Shown here: positions 54,701-61,335 of the stretch, one piece after another
Layout of the letters: the number at the start of each line of letters is the position of its first letter
How positions within the stretch are numbered: the first letter of the stretch is position 1
Origin: a virus
Lineage: Duplodnaviria > Caudoviricetes
Strand: one strand, 5' to 3'
IMG/VR virus record: IMGVR_UViG_3300049988_000245
Span: 192,001-256,000 of that record
Length of the DNA: 64,000 bases
Translations under genes and position numbers: made by a program
The notes under the pieces: model-generated
The model's input: only the letters and a program-made list of their open reading frames with translations
The model's database searches: none
What the model was told of the DNA's origin: nothing

Positions 54701-57700
54701 GCACTACCTATTCTCTGGCCGAAGTTGTGCGCGTCTACACGCCAGTCTTCCTGCGCTACGCTCAATTGAACGGGATCGATTACCGTTCGCACAAGGACTA
54801 CGTTGGCACTGATCCGTTTACGTTCAACTACCGGGACGAGAAGGATCGCGACGGAACCAAGATGCCGGGCAACTGGCGTGCAATCTACCGCTACTATTAC
54901 GACACCGATCGTCCTCATGCCTGCCCTTGGGAGATGCTTGGGTTTGGCCAGAAGCCGGTTTGGTGGGATGTGGAGTACGGTGTTGCCCCCTACACGAGCG
55001 GCAACGTCGCGATGTGGGAAGACCTCCGCGATGGGCGTATCCGCCAGGGCGTCCGCGCGGGCATCGACCCGCTATTCGTCCGCCCCGATCTGTTCGACGT
55101 CCTTCCGGTGACCGAGGATGGTCGCCTGCGTGATCCGTTGCAGATCGGTATCTTCGCCCAGGCCCCGTCCCCGGAGCTTGCCGCGCGTGATTGGCTCGTC
55201 GGTGATGGCGGCCCCGGTGAGCAGTTTTGGATGAACTCTGCGAGCTACCCGTTCGCGAAGTCTCAGATCGGCTACCTCCTACGCCCGGCCGAGTGGATCG
55301 AGGTAAATTGGGATTCGGAGTACTTCCGCTTCCTCGAAGATGGGCAGGCCATCAATACGCGTTCACACAACCGCACTCGTGCGGCCGAGAACGTCGTTCA
55401 CGGCGAGACCATCGACGCCCGCGCGGGAACGCGCTTTGCCATCCTCGGCGTGCAGCAGTGGGTCTCCGACCTTATGGCGTCGCGCGCGCAGTCACCGTCC
55501 CTGCTGGGTTCGGCCCTGCGTCGCATGCGCGTCCAGATGATGCACAAGATGGCTGGATTCACCAAGGCGGATAACCTGCGCGTGTTTGCGGACAACTTCG
55601 GGATCATCCCGGAGGAGGACGTGAGCGTGATCCTGCATAATTCTCCGCCAATCCGCGAATCCGTCTACTCCGGTGTGATCATCGAATGGACCGGTGACGG
55701 CTATCAGGTGATCGGCTACGACACGGTCAAGGAAGGCTTCTGCATCAATAAGGGCGACGAGACCTCGAAGCCCATCACGATCTCCCTTGGCGATGAGCCA
55801 CAGGTTTACGAGTGGCATTCGGGAATCTACTATGCGCTCAACACGCTGGTGGATTATCGCGGCTCGACCTACCGGGCGATTCTCGCGCATACCGCCTCGG
55901 CCGTGTTCGACGAGGAGTTCTGGACCCCCGAGCCGATCCGCCGGACCCGTTTTCCCAAGGTAACGGTATTCTCGCGCGGCGAAGGCACACTCACGTACGT
56001 ACCCTACTCGACCGTGTTTAAGACCTTGCAGGACGTGGCCTCGTTCCTGTGGGACTATGGTCGCGCGCTCGAAGACGACGGATTCGTGTTCGACTACATC
56101 GATCCGAAGACCGGCGATGTGGTCAATTGGGAACAGGCGATTCGCGAATTCCTGGCGTGGGCACAGACCGATTGGCAACCCGGAAACTTCATCGCACTCT
56201 CACCGGGTGCGAGCCAGTTGAAGTACATCACCAAGCACGGTGTGGTGTACAATGTCGAAGAGACCTCCAACGGCATCTATGGGCTGCTGAACCGCACAGG
56301 TACGCCGCTCCCGACCCGTCAGACCTTCGTTTCGCGTCTCGACGAAGAGACCAAGGTGATCACGATCTCGAACGATCTGTTCTGTGCGCGTCTGCGCGTG
56401 GGTGAGATCGAGCACATCGTGTTGTTCTCGAACAAGACTATCTTTGGCGATGTCATCTATGCGCCGCTTCTGAATCTGCGTCAGTCTCGCCTGCGCCTCC
56501 TGGGTATGCGGACGAAGAATTGGACCGGTCGTCTCGATGCGCCCGGCTACATGGTCGAAGGAAACACGACGCAGCCGAACTTCTGGCGCGCGGCCGAAAA
56601 CCTTCGAACGATGTTCGACGTGGAAGGCTCGGAGGATCGTGACCTTCGTGACTTCTCCCGCCACCTCCTGGGATACCAGAAGCGCCCGTATCTGGACAAC
56701 CTGCTGGTCTCCGAGACTGAGCAGTTCGAGTTCTACCAGGGCATGATCAAGCAGAAGGGCACGCCCGGTTCGTTTGAGAAGCTGACCCGTTCGCAGTTGA
56801 TCGACCGTCAGTCGGACCTCGCATTCCTTGAGGAATGGGGATTCAACGTCGGTCGCTTCGGTGCGGTAGACAAGAGCCGCCGCGTATCGTTCATGCTCAC
56901 CAGAACGGATATGCGCTCGAATCCACAGTTGATCGAGTTCGGTCGTGACAACCAGTTCGACGCGATCGTTGGTCTCCCCGATGATTCGTCCCGTTGGGTG
57001 GAGAAGCCCGCAAACGTAAATCAGGTGTTCCCAGAGCGTCAGCTTATCGTTGACGTGTCCGGTTCGGGCTCGCCCATCACCCGTCCGTACGCGCGCGATC
57101 TCCACACGTCCGGTCCCGTGCGGATCAGCGAAATCACCCACACGATTGCGAACCCGGCACTCGCCGACAAGCTGTTCACCGATGTGACCGCGCGAGGCGA
57201 CGAATTCTCTCCGAACGATCGCATCTGGGTGTATGAACTCGGGTTGTCCGAGCGTCGCTGGAGTGTTTTCCGGTTCGATCTCGTGGGCAAGAACGAGGCA
57301 ACCCCGCTGGTGGCCGTCGAGGCAATGGACGCGGGTGACGACAACACGCCGTTCTCCGGCCTGACCCGTTTGACCTTCCTCCAGTTCCACGGCCTCGACG
57401 AGGGCGATATCGGAAGCCTACTCCTGATTCCAAACTCCATCAGTGGAGATTCGGATGTGGAAGGATTCCATCAGATCATCGCGATCGAAGACGCCTACTC
57501 GATTGTCATCCCGTATGCGATTGATCCGAATTACAACTACAAGCAGCCATTCTGCATGGTTCTGCGCTCAGTTCGATTCCGCACGATTGCGGATCGGAAT
57601 CTGTTCGATACCAAGTACGGTTTCGTCGCGGGCGAACTCGCCTACGTCGATCATGTGCCGGGCTTCGCCGGTTGGGTGGTGTTCCGCTACGACGGTTCGG

Positions 57701-60700
57701 CATTCAACCTGTACCGGCAGCAGCCCCCGCGCATCGACTCCGATCGCCTGCGCAACACCCTGATCTATGACCTCAACACGAAGGTCACCGATGCGTCCCT
57801 TCAGGCGCAGCCGCTGAGCTATGACGAATTCACCGTCGTTGATCCAATCTCCGGTAACGTCTCGGGTGAGGCTGAGCGGGAAATCACCTTCCGGGTGGAT
57901 TACGACCCGGCACAGTACATCGAGCTTTCTGAACAGTGGGGCGCATCGCACGTCGGTGAACTCTGGTGGGACACGCTGACCTCCATCTTCCTCGATACCA
58001 GCACGGATATCGTGACGACCACGGATGATCCGCGTCGCCTTGAGCGCGAGATGACCTACCGCTCGCAGAATTGGGGCAAGGTCGCTCCGGGTTGCTCCGT
58101 CGATGTCTACGAGTGGACCCGTTCGTTCGACCCGCCCACGGCCGAGCAACTGGTTCGTAACCGCACGACTGATTTCACGTTTTTCAACGAGTTCGATCCG
58201 GCTCTGAACAAGATCGTCGTGGCCTACTACTTCTGGGTCCGTAATCCCACGGTGACCCCGAACGTGAAGGGTCGTTCGCTCTCGGCCGCCCAGGTGGCCA
58301 AGATGATCGAGGACCCGCGCGCGGCGGATGTCGCCTGGATCGCCCCGATCGCCCCCAACGCGATGCTCCTTTGCAACGCGGAGGAATTCCTCAACGACAC
58401 CGGCACGGTAGTGCAGTTCGAACTCACTGATGACGCCTATGATGGCGTTAACCATGAGCAGTTCGCGCTCGTCCGCAAGGGCGACCCGGATAGCCTGCCG
58501 CCGAAGCCGCTCCTCACGACGCTGCGCAACTCCATCACGGAGTTCGACGACTTCATTCGTCCGGTGCCGGAAGGTGGCCTCGGTGCGTTCGGTTCGGTTG
58601 GGGCAACCCGTCGTTCGCGTCGCACGATGATCGCCAATGGTCGCTCGGGTGTGCTCGCTGCGCGCCAGTCGTTCATCACCAAGCTGAATGAAATTCTTGG
58701 GCGTTCTCCGCTGCTCGTGGATCAGCCGTCCGCGCTGGAAGAGCTTACCCTGGAATCCCCCGTGTACGAGAAGCTGATCTGGAATCAGCCGCCCGGCACG
58801 GATTGGATCGACGTGCCGCCGCGCGGCTCGTATGACTTCGTCGTCAACGGCCTCGAAGAGCGCCGCGTCCTCCTTACGACGGCGGAATACCTTGCCGCGT
58901 GCGGATTCTCCGGATGGGATACGTTCAAGTACGACACCACCGGCTGGGATTACGACTTCGGCGTGACCGTGGCGGACCTCGCCAAGAACCGCCTGCCGCG
59001 CGTGCTCATGACCAATTACACGGCCGAGCAGCCCGGTTGGAGCATCTGGGAGGGCAAGGTCTCGGTTCGCGGCCCAACCCCGCAGACGGTTATCACGATC
59101 ACCGATACGCCGCTGTCCAACATCGGTCCGATTGCCCGCGACGACGCGTTCTCGGTCACCTCGGGCCAGTCGTGGACCCTAACGGCTGCGTCGCTGTCGA
59201 ACAACGATACCGATCAAGACAACGACATCCTCACGGTGGTCAGCGTTGGACCGGCCCCAGAAGGCTCAGGCGTGGTCACTCAGGTGGCGCCCGGCACGTG
59301 GCTGTACCAGAGCGCCCCCGATGTGATCGGACGCGTCCTGATCCCCTACGTGGTCGCTGACGGCAAGGGTGGCGTGGCAAGCGCATACGCGATCTTCACC
59401 CTGACTCCGCCGGAGGTGATCAAGGCGGTCCAAGACACCTACTCAGCCGAAGTGAACACTCCTCTGGTGATTCGCGTTTCCGACCTGCTTGCGAACGATA
59501 TCGGTGATGACATCGTAGTGGTGTCGGTGACCCAGCCGTTGAACGGTGGATTCGTGACGTTCGAGAACAGTGCGGTTGTCTACAATCCTCCGGTCAATTC
59601 GCCGGAAACGGATGACCTATTCACCTACACGATTCGGTCCGCCTCCGGCCGTCTCTCGAACACCACGGTTCTCGTCACCTTGGCGGCGTCTCGGATCGCT
59701 GCGGCAGATGACTACACCGCGACCAACTACGGCGCGACCCTCACGATTCCCTACACGACCATCCTCGCCAACGATTCCGGCGAAGGTATCGTGGTGGATT
59801 CGATCGGGGTGCCCCTGTATGGCGCCGCCGTCATGCGCGATGATGGAATTCGCTATACCGCTCCGGCGGTGAAGACTACGGGTGATCGAATCAACCCGGT
59901 AGCCGATGCGATCCCCTACACGATTCGTGACAAGTTCAACCAGACGACCTCCGCCAAGGTGGTGATCAGCTTTATCAGGCCGCGCATCGAAGCGTTCAAG
60001 GATGAGACCTCGGTCAATTATGGGGCCAAGACCAATGTGGGGTTCTCCACAATCCTGTCGAACGACGTGGGCCAAAACATCATCGTAACCGGTATCTCGA
60101 AGGCTCCCGCGTATGGGACAGCCCGGATGACACCGGTCGGCATCGAGTATATCGCTCCGGCGTACTCGATCAAGGATGGGTTTACACCTGTAAGTGACGT
60201 GCTCAAGTATACAATCGTCGATCCTTTCGGTCAGACTTCTGAGGCTGAGATTCGTTTCAACTTCACTTCGCCCCCACGGATCAATGCGGCTGACGACGAG
60301 TACACGATCAATTACGGTGCCTCGCTCAACCTCCCCGCAAATTCCGTCATGGCAAACGACGCAGGGCGCGACATCCGTATCACCGCGATCGGTCAAGCCC
60401 GCTATGGCGTGGCTACGCTGACGGATACGGGAATCTCATACGTGGCTCCAGCATTCAGTCCAGCCGGTAATCCCCCAAGCGACACCTTCACCTATTCGAT
60501 CGCCGACACGTTCGGTCAGACCGCTCAGGCGTCAATTGTCGTGAACTTCCTGCGCCCGGCTGGTATCAAGGCAAACGACGACTACTTCAGCGTAGTTCGC
60601 AAAAGTCGAAGTGTTATTCAAGCAAACGATGACGTTCTCATCCTCGGAAACGTAGTTGGGCAGGGTCGTCGTGGCACGAAGGTGGTTCACGGCAGCGATA

Positions 60701-61221
60701 CAGCTTCCAGTGTAATTAGCGGGAACACGCTAACGGTGCTCGGTGTAACTTGTGAGTTTAATCCAGAGTCTAACCTTAGTTCTGCACTGAGTGCGTTTAA
60801 TAGTAGCTTTGATGCGATTCAGGAAGGTCTATTCATGCTGATCACTAACGATCAGGACTTGGAGATTTTTGATCCGTCGCTTCCTGGCTCTGTTAGCCTT
60901 GTGATTCGAGCCCCGGTTCCGCCTACTGGATCATTGCCTGCGGACCTATTCGGAGCTACCGTGACCACAACGGAAACTTCTTTGCCAAGCTCAGTCGAGT
61001 TTACGTATGATCAGTTAATGGAGAACGATACGCATACATTGCCAATCGAAGTAATCTCGGTAGGTGTCGAGGGCTTGCGAATGTTCCCCTTGCCTAACGG
61101 GCGTGGTTACCGCTATGTTGGACTTGGATATCAAGAGGCGTTTACCTTCCCGTATACGATTCGCGATACGTCCGGAGCAACATCTACGGCGAACGTTACG
61201 ATCTATCCCGGTCTAGGTTAA
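51730..61221 (+). CDS. giant baseplate/virion structural protein (gp7-like jumbo-phage type) ending in an Ig-like repeat array
   Basis: 3163 aa; TLKKFFGATVDQIF, QFEFYQGMIKQKGT, EEWGF.VG.FG, YFWV; two CBM5/12-like motifs; C-terminal Big_9/cadherin-like repeats. Confidence 0.85.
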   Translation: MDKRRFIQQLPEVHNTETLKKFFGATVDQIFQPGSSEQLSGYIGSKPAYFDSEKDFYLTEPTAIRAAYQFDPAMVSQAENGDVTNILTYDDFMAYLRAENAITVDHDRMFGDTSYGWVPPVDLDKLGNYRQYYWFGDQPNLLPPVVLSVSNTTYTADGQTHIFEMPSAIDGVSADRETPAVFVDGLPVEMQVVGQSVALVETPGAGASICVFRYADLTAVLDGQVNIDPRLFNPALPMDRLTSNMRLRLEDGIAFFQGFGRMPYETVFIKIPRLCQERFQVPWDEYTRPSDFFVEGVGSRIVVAPYPARMTYKEHDATYTVINRRDIARSPWVVNNFWVHESAFRWAEKSFPSRRAKRPIVEFLPNLELMNYGLRPLETITGTLTGDPMYVPILLDKVDATKGISDWDVYPFDTETYESSGIRPIPLIQTNGKLVGQLFVDGGKMLNFGDRILVIQNSYPELSGSILRVRLGTQPITVTLPDGTTQTQTQSVLVLVPEKAAIPGDTVRLERGRLVPWDKAAGTENWFISHNGSDRLPWEFLSEAVEYHFDGTEGGDGSLWRESQAPHADRREPQFALYTDEKVRLDRLPNGSFLGNRLFGYTPANEETGRLDAALGQYVIYDSKDAIQFRFDQATERYTANGQPVVGFQYYRVYGQNGQPDTYSNSWHVTGERSHQTLTNGLFSTPQNLVANPNNEEVSTVSRRDWLENFANVFIRQEGFTGSPYNINNWRDSAQTPGLGFNGPVWQMGHDYAVGDTCKHLNKVYRCTQAHTSSISFDVRYWAIRPTHQIVQNKSPLLRTMLLASDKRFDYLDAVRYLDAEYARFRNKFRAQTIEVRRTGQLTDANDHDVWVETILNNLKFTKTNDFPFSLSSMAGGQYFIPPTAAQMGLLNTYEPTYEYDDTYTPAALFLRGHDGSRTPVVGSFEDDILLALERRIWVNIVPQFKSEAKRPFDFFGLIDGRNRGDGNGDETSAGDPNPCDNDPNPIETGRTTYSLAEVVRVYTPVFLRYAQLNGIDYRSHKDYVGTDPFTFNYRDEKDRDGTKMPGNWRAIYRYYYDTDRPHACPWEMLGFGQKPVWWDVEYGVAPYTSGNVAMWEDLRDGRIRQGVRAGIDPLFVRPDLFDVLPVTEDGRLRDPLQIGIFAQAPSPELAARDWLVGDGGPGEQFWMNSASYPFAKSQIGYLLRPAEWIEVNWDSEYFRFLEDGQAINTRSHNRTRAAENVVHGETIDARAGTRFAILGVQQWVSDLMASRAQSPSLLGSALRRMRVQMMHKMAGFTKADNLRVFADNFGIIPEEDVSVILHNSPPIRESVYSGVIIEWTGDGYQVIGYDTVKEGFCINKGDETSKPITISLGDEPQVYEWHSGIYYALNTLVDYRGSTYRAILAHTASAVFDEEFWTPEPIRRTRFPKVTVFSRGEGTLTYVPYSTVFKTLQDVASFLWDYGRALEDDGFVFDYIDPKTGDVVNWEQAIREFLAWAQTDWQPGNFIALSPGASQLKYITKHGVVYNVEETSNGIYGLLNRTGTPLPTRQTFVSRLDEETKVITISNDLFCARLRVGEIEHIVLFSNKTIFGDVIYAPLLNLRQSRLRLLGMRTKNWTGRLDAPGYMVEGNTTQPNFWRAAENLRTMFDVEGSEDRDLRDFSRHLLGYQKRPYLDNLLVSETEQFEFYQGMIKQKGTPGSFEKLTRSQLIDRQSDLAFLEEWGFNVGRFGAVDKSRRVSFMLTRTDMRSNPQLIEFGRDNQFDAIVGLPDDSSRWVEKPANVNQVFPERQLIVDVSGSGSPITRPYARDLHTSGPVRISEITHTIANPALADKLFTDVTARGDEFSPNDRIWVYELGLSERRWSVFRFDLVGKNEATPLVAVEAMDAGDDNTPFSGLTRLTFLQFHGLDEGDIGSLLLIPNSISGDSDVEGFHQIIAIEDAYSIVIPYAIDPNYNYKQPFCMVLRSVRFRTIADRNLFDTKYGFVAGELAYVDHVPGFAGWVVFRYDGSAFNLYRQQPPRIDSDRLRNTLIYDLNTKVTDASLQAQPLSYDEFTVVDPISGNVSGEAEREITFRVDYDPAQYIELSEQWGASHVGELWWDTLTSIFLDTSTDIVTTTDDPRRLEREMTYRSQNWGKVAPGCSVDVYEWTRSFDPPTAEQLVRNRTTDFTFFNEFDPALNKIVVAYYFWVRNPTVTPNVKGRSLSAAQVAKMIEDPRAADVAWIAPIAPNAMLLCNAEEFLNDTGTVVQFELTDDAYDGVNHEQFALVRKGDPDSLPPKPLLTTLRNSITEFDDFIRPVPEGGLGAFGSVGATRRSRRTMIANGRSGVLAARQSFITKLNEILGRSPLLVDQPSALEELTLESPVYEKLIWNQPPGTDWIDVPPRGSYDFVVNGLEERRVLLTTAEYLAACGFSGWDTFKYDTTGWDYDFGVTVADLAKNRLPRVLMTNYTAEQPGWSIWEGKVSVRGPTPQTVITITDTPLSNIGPIARDDAFSVTSGQSWTLTAASLSNNDTDQDNDILTVVSVGPAPEGSGVVTQVAPGTWLYQSAPDVIGRVLIPYVVADGKGGVASAYAIFTLTPPEVIKAVQDTYSAEVNTPLVIRVSDLLANDIGDDIVVVSVTQPLNGGFVTFENSAVVYNPPVNSPETDDLFTYTIRSASGRLSNTTVLVTLAASRIAAADDYTATNYGATLTIPYTTILANDSGEGIVVDSIGVPLYGAAVMRDDGIRYTAPAVKTTGDRINPVADAIPYTIRDKFNQTTSAKVVISFIRPRIEAFKDETSVNYGAKTNVGFSTILSNDVGQNIIVTGISKAPAYGTARMTPVGIEYIAPAYSIKDGFTPVSDVLKYTIVDPFGQTSEAEIRFNFTSPPRINAADDEYTINYGASLNLPANSVMANDAGRDIRITAIGQARYGVATLTDTGISYVAPAFSPAGNPPSDTFTYSIADTFGQTAQASIVVNFLRPAGIKANDDYFSVVRKSRSVIQANDDVLILGNVVGQGRRGTKVVHGSDTASSVISGNTLTVLGVTCEFNPESNLSSALSAFNSSFDAIQEGLFMLITNDQDLEIFDPSLPGSVSLVIRAPVPPTGSLPADLFGATVTTTETSLPSSVEFTYDQLMENDTHTLPIEVISVGVEGLRMFPLPNGRGYRYVGLGYQEAFTFPYTIRDTSGATSTANVTIYPGLG
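59131..61218 (+). repeat. six Ig-like/cadherin-like (Big_9-type) repeats, the sixth interrupted
   Basis: I.A.DD...LANDxG...YTI.D..G..S.A.V units starting at 59131, 59419, 59695, 59986, 60280, 60565. Confidence 0.85.
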
Positions 61222-61226
61222 AAGAA

Positions 61227-61252
61227 AACTGGTGGGTTTGGCCCCACCAGTT
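61227..61252. terminator. hairpin terminator after the giant gene
   Basis: AACTGGTGGG / CCCACCAGTT 10-bp stem, 6-nt loop, AT-rich flanks. Confidence 0.75.
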
Positions 61253-61264
61253 ATATGATTCCGC

Positions 61265-61320
61265 AGTCAATCATAGTATTTTAGATGGGCTTAAATCCCA
61301 TCATAAATACTATGATTACT
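61265..61320. promoter_or_regulatory. long inverted repeat containing a late-promoter core (ATAAATA 61303-09)
   Basis: arms AATCATAGTATTT-TA-GATGGG / CCCATC-AT-AAATACTATGATT, 7-nt loop. Confidence 0.7.
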
Positions 61321-61335
61321 GTTTCGGAGTTATAA

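Noticed and set aside
48435-61221. Inteins or group I introns in the very long baseplate ORFs
   Set aside because: No C/S...HN-C/S/T splice junctions or LAGLIDADG/HNH inserts recognised; reading frames are continuous.
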